NCBI GenBank assembly: GCA_973895155.1
Contig: OZ316895.1
Coordinates: 21,464,558 to 21,528,557 of the forward strand
DNA: 64,000 nucleotides
DNA from: Marsupella aquatica
Taxonomy: Eukaryota > Plantae > Marchantiophyta
Reading direction: 5' to 3'
The notes beneath the pieces are model-generated. The model did no database searches and was not told the DNA's origin. It worked only from the letters and a program-made list of their open reading frames with translations. Positions 50,900 to 64,000 of the stretch are shown one piece after another; the stretch's first letter is position 1, and each line of letters opens with the position of its first letter. Position numbers and translations under genes: made by a program.

Positions 50900-51025
50900 G
50901 CCCTCAAAAAAAGGCCTCTTGACATGCAAGACGGGTCTTAGTTTGCAACTGAAACATCCTAGACTTGAACCAGAGACCTGTAGTGGCCCAAGTCCATTGC
51001 TCACCTGAGCTAGACCACTACTCCA
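50900..51025 (-). mobile_element. Possible decayed tRNA-derived SINE
   Basis: Minus strand has an A-box-like TGGTCTAGCTCAGG and a B-box-like GGTTCAAGTC at plausible spacing, then a T-rich tail. No TSD seen. Confidence 0.3.
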
Positions 51026-52183
51026 GGGACTATCAAATTCCCACATGCCCTCAGTAAAAACTTAAATAAATGTTTTTTCTTTCAACTATAGCCCTAACTA
51101 TATTTCTAGAATTTCAGTTTACTTTAAAAACAATGTAAAATTTCAAGCATGCTTGATACAAAAATTTTGACAGAGACAAACCATCGATCTTCCAGCTAGT
51201 TCAGGCACACTAAAGGACTCTTGCAACTGTGGTTTTCTGCTTGCTTGCTATCAGGTTTGATATCTTAGAATTCATGGAATTGTGGAAGAACAAACTCTAC
51301 GTGGACTCCAATGTCGTGGTTATTTCCTTGACGGAAGGGCAAATATTGAGCTCATGGAAACCAAGGTCAATCATGAGGAAAGGAGCGACTATGTGAAATC
51401 CTAGCTTCTCCAGGTTATAAGCAAGAACTTACTTTTGACTTGTGGGGCTGGATGATTCTGGTTAATGACAGTATTATGTCAGTCAGGATATTGTCAAGGT
51501 GATACAAGACATATAGCTAGAAATAAATATAGAACAAGCCTTATAATTTTGCATTGACGGCCAGGATGTATTGAGCAAGCTATGTTGATCTTTCACTTAG
51601 TCAGTCAGCTATGATCGTAAGAGATAGTCAAGTACCGTGCATGAAAGCAGCGAAAGATTGGGGACCAGAAATCTGACCCACAAATTAAAAACTTCCGTTT
51701 GTCGATCTGTAAGTCTGGTTGCAACTCGACTGTCCAATTTCCGTCGACTCCAAGCTGATCAAATTAGAGCAACGTTTTGAAAGACTCCAGGATCAGTTCC
51801 CTAACCTCCATGATCTGAACTATCCTCTAACTTGTCGTCCCCGTGTCTTTCATCTCATGCTCCTACTCATGCCAAATGACTGAAATGGACAGCGCTCGAG
51901 CTATATATTGACAGCAATGTGAACACTTTTGTCAGACAACATCAACTCAGTCTCTTTCCGTTGCAGAGCGTGCTACAAGCTGCGCCATGTCTGCTGATCC
52001 AGCTCCCTAGCTGGAGCCTTCTACCTGAAATCTTGCTGCCGCAGATTCCGTAGCTAGATGATAGCTGCCCATGTTCTACCTAATTTGACCACTCCTATGT
52101 GTGAATCGTAATAACCTTCCATAATCATCCGTTCAACTCCCGTATGCATGTCTGATGCGAATGAGAGAATTTGCTGCTGGATC

Positions 52184-55100
52184 CTACTCATGCTTCTGAA
52201 GGAACTTTATAAGGGATGGATAAACATCTATATAAGCATGATCACCCAAGATGAAATCTGTATGGCCATAGTTTGATAGCCTATGATCTTCTCTATTTGA
52301 GCTTGGGACCGAAGCCAAAATATTTTCTGCATCGATTGGGTCCGCTACCCCATCAATACCCCCAATCCAATATTGTGTTGGAAGGCTGGCTGGAAACGAT
52401 GCAAGGTCATAATTCGGAGGTGTGGGTTGCATGTATGAAGCCTCATTATCCTTAGTGCCCTTGTCGTAGAACGCGAAGTTGTTCCTTAGATAACCTACAA
52501 TTCCGTGTTTTAACAAATGCGTAATGTTGAGAATATGATCATTGTGTCAAAACGCTCCCCTTAAAGTTGTCTATTAATTGACATTACTACTAAGTTTCAA
52601 TTCCTTCGCAAACCTTTCATTTCATGACCATTAGGCTAGATACTACGTCCTTGATGGATTATTATCTGAACTGTAGACAGTATCCAAAACAAGTACAAAA
52701 GTTCAAAAAGGACGATGCAGCCCACCTTGACCCAGGTGATTGATGTTGTATGTAGATGTGGGTTGTGGAAAGTACTGGGAATAGAACCCAAGGCGGTTCA
52801 CATTTGTGTAGCTGCTGGGACCTGCAAAACTCCAAATATGGTTATTAGGTAGGCTGGAGAATGGTCATCTGAGATCTCGTTTAAGATCGAGGGCTATTTC
52901 TTACGTCTATGAAGACGTCAAGTCATTTAAATAGTTTCCGGCCAAATGAATGGCAAGTGCCACGTTATTGAAGCAGTAGTTCATGACCTGCGCCGTCAGC
53001 GTGGGCACAACGTTTTTCAATTCCTGCATCCAATTTAGATTAACGTATCCAATTTCTTTCTGACGCAGGAATTGAAACGTACCCATTAGAACGATGTCAG
53101 AAAGAAATTAAATAGCTTCTTTAGTATAGAGTAATAACTAGACTGGAGGAAAGTAGAGGTAGAGGAGGAGAATTGTGCTATCACAACGACAAGAGGCAAT
53201 CATACCAAGACTTAATGTGAAGAGTCCCGAGCACAAAGCGGGATTAACGTTAACCACAGGAGGTCCGCATTCAAGTTGAGATTGCCTGCAAAACCCATGC
53301 CACGGAAGATGACCCAATTAGCAACTTTAAGGTACATTCAATGAATTGGACTGCCAGACTGGTACTTTCGGTTACAACAATCAGCTAGAAAAGCAGTCCA
53401 ACTTGACTTTTCATGAATTGATTCCATCAAGTTTAAATGTCTCACGCGTAGGTAGAATATTCCTTGGCTCCAGCTTCATAGACAGCCTGGGTCATGACAA
53501 CGAGAGAACAAAGAGACAAGAGTCATGGTTCATCCTGAAAACAGCCATGCCAACTTGAAGGCATTTACTCAACTGTCACACATATAATACTGTCTTTGCA
53601 ATTCTTGTGTCAGATGTCAAAGATGACTTTCATCTATTTCGTTGTTTACAAACAAACAAAACGATGCAAATCACAAACTTATCAAAATTAATGTATATTT
53701 GCAGAAACTTTAGCAGAGTTGAGTTGCAATTGACAGCAGTACCGGAGAAGAGTAATTCAGGATTGATGCTAGGAGCAGCAGGGCAGTCGAATGGGTTGAG
53801 ACTACAATTGGAGCCAACATCACAGCTGCATTCAAGTATCCCAGAACTGTTTTGTTGAAACGGCCGTCAGTAAGACCAGCAAGGAGAATTGTGGTTCCCT
53901 GATTGAATTGGTCCAAAACATGACTTAACTGTCAGTGTTCAGTGCTGCACAAATTCATGATCGCGAATCATGAAGAAAATCTGTAGCTTAACCTTTCACT
54001 TTCGATGTGCACAGCGAAAAAACCTTTGAGACCCGTATTGCAAAGATTTCGATCTCCTGGCTACAGCTTTTCATTTATTCAAGTTGTAGCACGAAATTCA
54101 GATCTCTAAGGAACTCGATCCAATCTAGACTTTAGTCAGTTGACTCTCATTAGCTTATCTCTGATAGCACAGTACTCTCTCGCTCAAGATCTCAAATTGA
54201 AAGTGGCTGATATCCCCGGCTGATATCCAGGCTGATATGGATCCGGACATAGGTATATAACGTACGGTCTAGATTTACAGAATGATGCTTAATTAGTTTG
54301 CACTATTTGCATCAACTTCCATGATTATGAATAGATTTGCATATGTTAACAAATGTTTGAATTTACATCAAATTATATAAACTTCATTTGTACCCTAATT
54401 TACGTAGGTTTGGATAATGTTGATGCTGCAGGATCTAACGAGGACAGGAGAGAAGTTCATTTACTCCGCAAGCAACTGTTGTGATTGAAGTTCCCAACAA
54501 TGAGCCCCCGCATGACATTTTGCAATCGGGCAATACTTTAAAGTTCATCACTTTCTGAAATTCAAAGTGGTACTTACCAGAGAGTGGCCGATGAATGACA
54601 ATTTTTTACCGCCTCTTTTATTGTAGACGAACTCAGTGGAGGCTTTCAAATCGAAACTTGCGAGTTCGTCGTAAGTCCATGCCCAGTACGCCTGCATTCC
54701 ACCACATCAGAATGTCTCAATTCATCACCAGTCTCGATAAAGAATGCCTCAGAGGGAGATCGCGCAATGCTCTAAGTCTAGCACGCTCACTTACGTTTTC
54801 AGATGGAGTGAAAGTCTTATGCCCATGGCTCCACTGTATAGTTCGGGAATTCATAATCCAGACATCGAAGCCAGCGTCCGCTAAGATGAAAGCCAGAGAT
54901 TCCTGAGGGCCATTGACGACCCAGTTGTCCCCTCCCTGAATGAAGATTTGCGACACGACACCGAAAACGGCGGTTAATAATAAAAGTAAGGTAACTATCT
55001 CCGGATTTATAATCAAAACTGAATAGCCTGGTTTAGATCGATGAAAATTAAGCTGCACAATGCAAGAGTGGAAACCCTGCACGATTGGTCCAATTCCATC

Positions 55101-56846
55101 TAGATGATGTAACTTATAAAGCAATTTCTGCAGTAACTATGAAATTTTTTCTGTCTAAAAGCTGACGGCATAGTAGTCACGGCTAACGAGACTGAATGTA
55201 TGAATGCACTTTAGACCCGGGGGACTGAGGAGAACTACGAAAATACCACTAAAACAAAGAATTCCGAAAAAGGCAGAGCCGAAAATTTTGGAAGTGTAGC
55301 AAGCTCAAGAGGATTCCTATTACTCAAGTTCAACTCGCCGATCACCATTACATTGAATTTAGTCTCCAAATAGACTAATTTTGATCCGGTATGACAGAAA
55401 TGCATTCGAAAGATGAAAAGGTTTGGAAACTCCAATCTAGCGCCATTGTAAAGGAAATGACAGTTGAGCACAACTTTGCGTTACTTACAGTAATGAGTCC
55501 ATGCTGAAGGAGGACTGGCTGACCATTATTCGGTGCGCTCCCAAATCCGCGAGCGCAGGGGATGTTTTGAATGCCCAAGATAAAGCCATCGTCGGTAACA
55601 ACCTGCGAGCAAATGTTCGGTATGGTCACAATTGGATCTATGGCGCGGCCGTCGACGGGGTTAGGAGGATGTACAATCTAGACTATTCTATCACGCATCA
55701 TACGCGTATACACATCTACAATCCAAGCTTTTGTAGCTAATAACTCAGAGTCCCTATCCACATGCATCCTTTTCCAAAAAAACTCATTGACTTGTTCAAT
55801 GTAGACTCGGAGCTGCTCTCTCGGCTGGTCGAGCCTCAGGAAAACTATCCACATCCTTAATGTTTAAACTAATCATTGAAGAGAAACAGTGCACATCAAG
55901 AATTATTGCGGACTTGTTCCTTTCATTGACACAGGGATTAACGGACAGATTCAAGGCAAAGGATATCAGATAAACTGGATCTGCGACACTAGACTACGAA
56001 CCATTAATTTATGACTATGATTCTACCCTTCATTGTTGCCTGAGACCTGCTATCTCAGCTGCGTACTGAGCTACGCAAAATAACTCTCTGAGCTACAGTA
56101 GATAAAGCACCTGAAACTCAGTAAGTCACAGACTGCAATAGAGCACTTCGGACAAGTGTGCTTTCTAGCTGCGATAGTGATACAGACTGTAGGTCCCTGA
56201 AGATAGAAACTAAAGACGGTGAGTGGAACAAAGACTGGTCCGGATTGCGATGCATATGGACACTGATGTGCATGTGTAACGTCTAGACATACAGGTAGTG
56301 GGCTTGAAACTCGGGCATTGCATTAACTGAAAGACAGGACCTGATAAAGTGGGGCGATAAATCAATACACACATCCAGACATCTAGTTGCGTGAACCGTC
56401 AATAAACTGATGTAATTGGGTACCAATGATTTCACACAAAATGTCTAGAACTCGGATACTTCCGTGTACTCCAGAACCTAGTCTTGAGAACCGTATTCTG
56501 AGCGGTCCGCATTAGATGATCGACTCCTTGCTCGGCGAAAAGATCATTCTCCTTTTGGATAGCTAGCTCAAACAGAACAATTTCAATCGAGAAAATTGAA
56601 AGGACTTCAATTATGAAAACTTGATCAAAAATTCAGAATTGGACATCAGATAATGGGTTTCATGAGAAAAGTTTTACATACCTGGTACTCATCACAGTTG
56701 TACACGTTGGGAATGATGAGTTCAGCGCACAAGCTGGTCGCGCTGTGGCCCTCACCACCGCTACTCTGAGCCCCGACTTCTCTCGGACTAACCAGCAAAA
56801 GACCCACAATTCCCAGCACGAGTACTGAATACAGTGGTGAGCTCAT
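52184..56846 (-). CDS. Triacylglycerol lipase / acid lipase (LIP1-like), 9 exons, ~405 aa
   Basis: Exons 56846-56682, 55602-55489, 54935-54795, 54691-54578, 53898-53743, 53486-53446, 53285-53206, 52821-52726, 52494-52184, all phase-consistent. Signal peptide and motifs VTDDGFIL, LQHG, GFDVW, GHSLG (nucleophile), DGVAD and YGHTDF. Confidence 0.93.
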
Positions 56847-56997
56847 TTTCTCAACAGATGTTGAGCGCGACTTCACGATCTGCACCTGAGACTGTCTCCT
56901 TGCCGTATTCGATCTGGCGTGTAGCAACATTGGTAGAAATTCCACAGTTTAGCTGAAACCGTGCTGTAGGGCTCCATTGTGTCCTCTCGTGCGGTCC

Positions 56998-57007
56998 CTT
57001 ATAAGGC
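56998..57007 (-). promoter_or_regulatory. Putative TATA box of the lipase gene
   Basis: TATAAGG ~155 nt upstream of the ATG within the palindrome CCTTATAAGG, with TGACGTG nearby. Confidence 0.35.
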
Positions 57008-58080
57008 ACCCGCGCTCACGTCAGGCTTTACCATTATATCATGACAGCTACGGTTGCGAGCCAGAACACTGCCACATTGTTTCGAAACACACGAAGAGAC
57101 ATGCATGTCGACGACTGCTCTTCCCGTACGTGCGCAGTAATTGAGCTACAGAATCATTAAAACGAGTCTGTCTCGTGCAATGCTGGAACACATTGGATTA
57201 TCTGGAGCAGTATCGTTGAGTGCAGCAAGTCCATTTGGCTTAATACTTAAAGTTGCCTTCGATTTCGGTCAATTCCAAGGTCTTCGCAAGTTAGAGAGCT
57301 GGGCACCAAAAAGTACCTCACAACCTCATAAAAAGCTTAAAAGCCAAAAGGAGCAGTATGCTACTTTTACATTAAAAAGTACGGTGAGGATCGATAGACT
57401 AGAGCGTTTCAGCGAGAGCTTGAATTGAATTTCTACCAAATTTTCCTGTCCAAGCTAGTGCGTGCATGCCTGGATGTAGTATTAAATTGCATATTTTGCA
57501 CCCGTGATCTCAGCACGACCAGCACAGAATTCAATGCTTCCCTGAAAATGTGTGCACTCGACAAACAATTCCAAACTTAGTGCGCAATGTGAAGGCTAAA
57601 GCGCCTGGCCATTCATGTGACCAAAAGCTGTCGATCTTGTTGCAATGAATGGAGCCCTATGAAATATTTCAAGGCACAAAAAGCCGTCGCTCTTGCCTGT
57701 CACCACCCGGCTGACATCTAGAAAAAGTGCATCCCGTGCCAAAAGTTGTGATACTTATCGATACATCAAAGCAGCACTATACAGTCAACCGTGAGACCCG
57801 CGCACATTGCTCGGGGCTCAAGGTCTTCCTAGAAATCTGTCATCACTCAGATCTACGTTTCTCGGAGTTAGCAAGACTTGTCAGCAAATACATATTTCGC
57901 GGAGTCAACATTCAAATACAACAATCACAAGTCTGTTGACGTCAATTGTGTTTGTGGGGCAAGCTAGTGGAAGTACGTGCGTGAATCAACCTCTACTGTA
58001 CATCTGTGGATTCCGAATTGAAGCTATTAATTCAATTGCAGTGGAAATGTGGGGAATCGTCAAACTTTGTGTGGACGTGA

Positions 58081-58300
58081 ACAGTCTTTGTGGGACTAGT
58101 GGAAGGGCGTTGAATCAAACTCTACTGTACATCTGTGGATTGCAAAGTTGAAGCTATTCATTTTATTGCACTCTGATACCAAACCGCGAGACAGTCTTTG
58201 TGGGACTAGTGGAAGGGCGTTGAATCAAACTCTACTGTACATCTGTGGATTGCAAAGTTGAAGCTATTCATTTTATTGCACTCTGATACCAAACCGCGAG
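58081..58300. repeat. Exact 110-bp tandem duplication
   Basis: 58081-58190 equals 58191-58300, with a more diverged copy at ~57950-58040. Confidence 0.92.
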
Positions 58301-58304
58301 ACTT

Positions 58305-58800
58305 GATCCAAAGGCTAAAGAGCTAAAGGGAGAAGGGAAAGACCCCAAGAAGACCAAAGAGAGGGAAGGGAAAGACCCCAAGAAGACCAAAGAGACCCAA
58401 CGGGTCAAGGAGTATCACTATATTGCAGTGTGATACCAAACTGGGAGACATGATTCCAAAGGCAAAAGAGCCTGATAAAGGGGGGAAGGGAAAGATCCCA
58501 ACAATACCAAAAAGGCCCAACAAGTCAAGGAGTATCCACTATATTGCATTGTGATACCAAACCATACTAGGAGACATGATCCCAAAAGTAAAGAGCCCGA
58601 TAAAGGGGGAAGGGAATAAGGGAAAGACCCCAAGAAGACTAAAGAGGCCTAACAAGTCAAGTATCCCACAAAAACAAAACAAAACTTATGATCCCAAAGG
58701 CAAAAGAGCCTGATAAAGGGGGAAGGGAAAGACCCCAAGAAGACCAAAGAGTCCCAACAAGTCAAGGAATATCCCACAAATACAAAAACAAAACTTTTAG
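58305..58800. repeat. Purine-rich degenerate ~120-bp tandem repeats
   Basis: Recurring CCCAAAGGCAAAAGAGCCTGATAAAGGGGGAAGGGAAAGACCCCAAGAAGACCAAAGAG. Confidence 0.85.
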
Positions 58801-61373
58801 TTGCAGTGGAAATGCGTTGGATTTTCAAACTGTGTGTGGACATGAACAGTGTCTTTGGGGCAATGTTTGGGGCAAGTACTTGGGGGGTTCACCTAGTAAT
58901 GAATTTTTTGTAGTACCTTTACTGATGCCCCTGTATATTAAACCACCCCCTTTCAAAGGAAATGAAAGCTTGGAAAGAAGTGTCAATCATCATTGATATG
59001 TGGCGGATTATGAATCATGTGATGACACTTTTTCAATGGTCACCCCCTTACTTCGGTTCTACTTCTAAGGACTTCCCTTAATGAACAAGCCCTCCGCAAA
59101 GTAAACTCCCCTTACTTGGTCCTGACATGTAGGGGAAGTTTCAGTGGAAGTAGACCTCAGCCCCTCCAAGGGCAATAGGGCTTGTCAAAGTTCAGCCATA
59201 AGAAAAGTCTTATATATGGCTGAAAAAATTGGGGACATAAGATTCTCACGGGGCGTGAATTTTGGTAGCCCGTATGGAGTCGATCATGTCCTGACCAGAA
59301 AAGAGTTTTATGTCCTTGCCTGTACCTCCTTTATGGCGTTGTTTTGACCAGGTTTTTGACATGCCCTAAAAAGGAAGTGGTCTATATGGGAGTTGTGTTT
59401 ATGGGACAAGCCGAAGTGGCCGACTGTGGAAGTGTGTGCAGAAGTGAACTTTATGTGGGATATTGTGGGGAGTATATGGATTGAAACCCTTGCCGGTAAT
59501 CACACATTAAAATGTGGTAATAGGCGATGTGCACTAATTGATTTAAAGAAAATAATGAGGTTTTCAAAATTTGATAGTAGGTGATGTGCACTTATTGATT
59601 TAAAGATAATAATGAGGTTTATCATGTTGTGGAGTGATGTCGTACGTCGTACATGTCATATTTGAAACCATTGTCCATTCCAACAAATGGGGACGTATGG
59701 GTGCTAGTATCTACACTGGTTTCCCAGCTGCAACTGCTATTAGGGAGTCTCAAAGCTTTGAAATTAAGAATGATGGCATTCTACCATAAAGGGATCATAA
59801 CTTTTTCACAGGGTTATCTGAAAGTTTTGTTTTCTCTGTCACCAGCCTCTCGAGTGACTAATGGTTATGGCATACCACCAATCCTTGTGGCAAAAATTTA
59901 TGGAATATGAGTTTCATGGTAGGTAATTTTTTGTGTCCATAACCCATAACGAGGGAGTTCAGGTCCATCAAATTGTCAGCTTTGAGATGCTCTATTGGGA
60001 CAATTTAGAGGGGCCAATGCAGGCTGGAAATGTTGCATTCGGGCATCTCAAAGCAGGGTCATAAGGAAAAGTTACAGGACACCAGTTGTGCTCATAAAAC
60101 ACCTGATGACCAGACTTTACGGGCCATTGGTTGCAGGGGGATATGCATGAACCCGTGCCATTTAAGGGATGAGTTATGGGTACTCCCCCTCGGTAAGTGC
60201 TTTTGGCCCATCCCTGTCTGACAAGCCCAAGCCTATTACCTCGACAAGCGGTCACAATAGCATTCTAACAATACAGAGTGACTGGCATGTCGTTTCTGTC
60301 CCTGGATGAAGCGATGTTGTGATGATGTGAATTCAAAGTCTCCGACTTAAAGTTATGGGTTTCGGTCAGTGGTCGCGGCACTTTCTTACGGAAGTCAATT
60401 TTGGCCTCCTGCAACTTTTATGGCCCGTTCCCACACCTCAGTCTTTATGGCAAAGTTGTAACTCGTTACGGCTGTGCTTTGAGACTCCCTATTGTCTCCA
60501 AACTAAGAAGAAATGGATTGCACATATGGCAGCCATTTGGCCATGCATCCTTTGAGCGTCTACATGCAAATTTGTCATCGAGCATAAAAAAATAGCAGGG
60601 AATGTGAAGACAGTAAAGGATGTCAACAGGTGGGAGTGCAAGCTACATAGAATGTATTTGGCAAAGGTTACAAATAACAGAAATGTGGGTCAGTATTTGA
60701 GTGGGGTCTGTGCCTGGAAAAATATCAGGATGCCATCCACTGTTTGGTGCAAGCTGAAAAAGGGGGCCTGCAACTTACCCTAATAGACCATCTGCCAAGT
60801 TCTCCCCACTAGCCCCCCCCCCCCCCCCCCCCCACAGGCATCAAGTCATAAAAGTAGCTTTCCCTTCATTCCTATTTGGCAGCCCCTACCCTCTTCTTGC
60901 AAAGTGGGGCACGACACCAGCATGAAAGGTGCAGTTTTGCTTTCTCATGTCCATTATATGATAGGCAGAGGTCTACATTATATTATATGGCACTAGAAGT
61001 TGGTTCTAAATGAAAATAACTTTAAAATAATAGAATACTGGAAGAGGCCTCGGGCTAGGGAGAACCCTTAATTTTGATCATTTGACTTGGTTATTAAAAA
61101 TTTTGTTAGAGTGCCATTAATAAGTATCTCAAGTTTCCCTTTTGTGGGTCAAAATAGGACATCAAATAGTGTTTTGCGTAACTGTCTTGTTTCAAAGACA
61201 AACCATGGGGCATGTTATTGCATCTCATGAATACAATAGTTGTCATTGCCTTGGGGATAGTGTGTTTTATCAAGCTTGGGCAATGAGATCCATTTGTAAA
61301 AATGAAGGAAGGGTACCTAACTGATATGTTACTACTTTGGATAACACACCCAATCCATGCCAAAGGCACTCTA

Positions 61374-61612
61374 GTTAGGGAATCACTTCCATGGAACTGA
61401 CCCATCACCTGCTACTAAGTATAAGGTTTGTAAATCATTCTGAGAAATATTTGAAAGAACTTTACAAAGAAATTGTTTTTTAGATGAAAATGCCATCATA
61501 TGATTCGAATGGTATCCTACAAGTTTATTTAAAACTATTAAGGGGGGATCATAAATAACCTAAACCACATGTGATGTATGACCCTCCATATAGTGAATCA
61601 ATCCCCCCAAAG
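61374..61612 (+). mobile_element. Highly degenerate CTCGGGG-type MITE (related to 45404-45642)
   Basis: Shares TTCCATGGA...ATCAC at the left end and GGGG.TCATAAAT...GTATG.CCCTCCATATAGTGA...CCCC at the right end. Confidence 0.4.
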
Positions 61613-61760
61613 AGAAAAATGGGTTGGCTCCTTGATTTACCACAATGAGGAAAGAAAGAGAAAGATTGGCATCGTCATTAATAATGGTGTTAGATAGAGC
61701 ATGTACATTGAAATGAACACCAGGTGTAAGAGTCCTGAAAGTGCCCTGCCCTGCCAGTTA

Positions 61761-62041
61761 TCACACATCAAAATGTGATAATATACTGTAAAATAAAGAG
61801 GGTTTATCATGGTATGGAGTATATTGTACACTTATATGTCATATTTTGAAGTGCAAGTCACACGTCAAAATGTAGTAATACACTGTAAAATAAAGAGATT
61901 TATCATTATGTGGAGGATGTTGTACACTTATATGTCATATTTTGATGTGCATATCACATATCAAAATGTGGTAATATATTATAAAATAAAAAGATTTATC
62001 ATGGTATGGAGGATGTTATACATGTCATATTTTGATGTGCA
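61761..62041. repeat. Minisatellite, 3 x ~96 bp
   Basis: TCACACATCAAAATGTG...TTTATCATGGTATGGAG...ATGTCATATTTTGA three times, with a related unit near 59600. Confidence 0.85.
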
Positions 62042-62105
62042 TTTAGTGGGCTGAAAGTGTGTGATTTTCTTAGGAAATCAGTCAAACTTTCCTTAAACTG
62101 CAAAT

Positions 62106-62853
62106 TCTACTACAAAGGACTCCGGGTTACCCGGAGTCCTCATTACTACGTGCATCAAGTGACCCTTCATCGGGAAGCGCAGCTGCGCCTCTCCTGAGCC
62201 ATTCGATTTTTACTTACTGCTGCGCCCATCCTATGCCATCCGATCCGATCTATGGCTCAAAACGTAGATCTCAGTGAGATCTACGTCTCACAAAAAAATG
62301 AGACAAAAAGATTTGATATTTCGTGAGAAAATATTAAAAAACAAACGGTGAAATATGATTGGTCGAATTCAAATTTCGAATTTTGGGGGGAAGAGGAGAT
62401 CTAAGCCGTCTGCCCTTATCATCTCCGTGAATCTCATCCGTCCACTTCAGTAGGTTATCTATGGCTCAGATGAAAGATCTCAATGAGATCTACGGATGGG
62501 TGTTTTCCGTTTTGAAAATGGTTGAACAGTTTTCAAATGAGAAATAAAACAAATCCAAGCATTCCTGGCCGGTGATTCTGTCTCTACTGAAATCTATACC
62601 ATTGATTGTTTTTGGCTAATAAAAATATTTTTCGTCCACATAAAAAGGCAATCTAGGGCACAAATGAAAGATCTCGAGGAGATCTATGGCCTGGTGTTTT
62701 CCATTTCAAAAATGAATACATATTTTTTGAAATAAAAATAAATTAATTTTACTATTTTCTCCTCTTTCTCCTCCCCATACTTTCTTTCACTAAAGTTTGA
62801 TACTCCTTTATGGCCGTACTGTCCCACAGCTCCTTAAATAGTAGGAGTTGTGG
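62106..62853. mobile_element. Putative non-autonomous element bounded by two hairpins
   Basis: Palindrome at 62116-62140, hairpin at 62824-62853, and three internal AGATCTC-N3-GAGATCT palindromic repeats. Confidence 0.4.
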
Positions 62854-62888
62854 TTTAATTGTAACACTTTTCAGTTTAGTGGGTGCTC

Positions 62889-63455
62889 TTGGGAAGAATT
62901 TAAGTGAAAGAAATCAAGCTCCCACGATCATTATGAGCCCTGGCATCATCACCAGCGTATAGACATTGGCACAGGAAAGAAGATCGACTTCCATTCATCG
63001 AAAACTGGTTCTCCCCAAGTTTGTGACTTCGTCGAATCTGTCACCTTCCTTTACAAAGATCAGTAGTACAGTCCTCGAAGGAAATAAGAAAGTTCAGTTG
63101 ACCATCTGTGTTTTTACTGTTAGGTTGATTTCTCAGGTATTCACTGATCATGCTCTTGAAAAGCAGACAGGGAATTGAAAACCCACATTGATCGTCACTC
63201 GTCACATGCTCTGGAGATTTGGTTGTCACATGTCCAAGGGTGATCTACCAAAGTAGGAAAAGCTAACTTTCTCGATCACTTTCTCGATCACAAAGATCTC
63301 CACTAATTCACTAGTGATGAATGTTCTCAAAAAGCTTTTTGCTGCCTTCGTCAGCAGTCGCTCTCCAATTTATTGTTGCTACAATGCATGTAACGGCTGG
63401 CAGGTGAAATCAAGGGAACGGTCAGTCCTTTGCTCATGGTCCATCCACTCGGCCA
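62889..63455 (-). repeat. Third, inverted and more diverged copy of the non-coding segment at 31140-31720 / 4890-5430
   Basis: Reverse-complement matches such as GGTTGATTTCTCAGGTATTCA, AGTTCAGTTGA.CATCTGTGTTT, TCTCAAAA(A)GCT and CATGTAACGGC. Confidence 0.8.
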
Positions 63456-64000
63456 GCACACTGGATGGGATGAGATCTCTGAAGAGAGCCTGAGATTTAG
63501 TGGTGAGAACGGTTGCTTGCCATTGTTGCTCGTGAGAACCCAAAATTGCACCTCATCCGGGCGGAATTCACTGTGCAAGTGGAAATTCACTGTTCCATCA
63601 CACCAGATTGGCCTCGACCTCAATTCAACTGGCCAATTGAAGGAGTCTCACGTCTCGTTGCTCACTTGTCATCACACCAGGTCTGACCAATTGGAACAGG
63701 CTCACCTTTCATCCACTCATGTCTTGTGCCACTGCTCGCCTATACACACTTATACTCAATGCCTGCCATGATCGAAGCCTCTCAAGGGAGAAGCCGGACT
63801 CAAGTCTTGTCAAGCTAGCTAGCCCTGTCCCAGACTGCGTTGGAGAATTAGTTGTATGAAGAATTGAGAGTGTCTGCTGGCTCTCGTCGGTAGCCTAGGA
63901 GTGCTCTGACCCGGAGGTTCGGGATCTCGAGTCAACAGTTGAGTAACTTCCGTGATCATGGAACATAATCGTTCGCTTTTGGAGTGTGGGTGGATAGACA

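Noticed and set aside
58171-58291. tRNA-Met primer-binding site (minus-strand TGGTATCAGAG) marking an LTR retrotransposon
   Set aside because: It is not preceded by an LTR CA end, no gag/pol follows, and it lies inside a tandem repeat unit.
60030-60221. His-Me finger homing endonuclease motif (CMNPCHL)
   Set aside because: The match is short and isolated, lacking the upstream SHLC-type motif and the downstream Asn. Likely chance.

Overview
Nuclear DNA of a land plant. Spliceosomal introns, gene content and repeats suggest a bryophyte or liverwort-like genome, but that is inference. Intact genes are a 14-exon CCT7/TCP-1 eta chaperonin (17380-23017 +), tRNA-Ala(AGC) (24806-24878 -), a 4-exon XTH (26700-29178 -), an intronless GT31 galactosyltransferase (35144-36229 +), an MFS plastidic-glucose-transporter-like gene with an intronless CDS (37538-39046 -) and a 9-exon acid/TAG lipase (52184-56846 -). 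The first ~12 kb is decayed duplicated DNA. It holds two tandem, deleted copies of the GT31/transporter block, each fused to a spliced Crinkler-like gene (SAM-like header plus PD-(D/E)xK nuclease-like domain), and an inverted 5' fragment of CCT7. This region carries five near-identical ~285-bp copies of a non-autonomous DNA transposon with unusual CTCGGGGG...CCCCCGAG termini, bipartite G-box-containing inverted repeats and exact 8-bp target-site duplications. Older subfamilies, including a nested composite, lie at 44-49 kb and ~61.5 kb. Also present are a PIF/Harbinger transposase pseudogene split by a solo LTR, a perfect 45-bp-stem hairpin, an amplified CCT7 promoter array with a CpG-decay gradient, and several minisatellites. 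All coordinates were read by eye and no database search was run.
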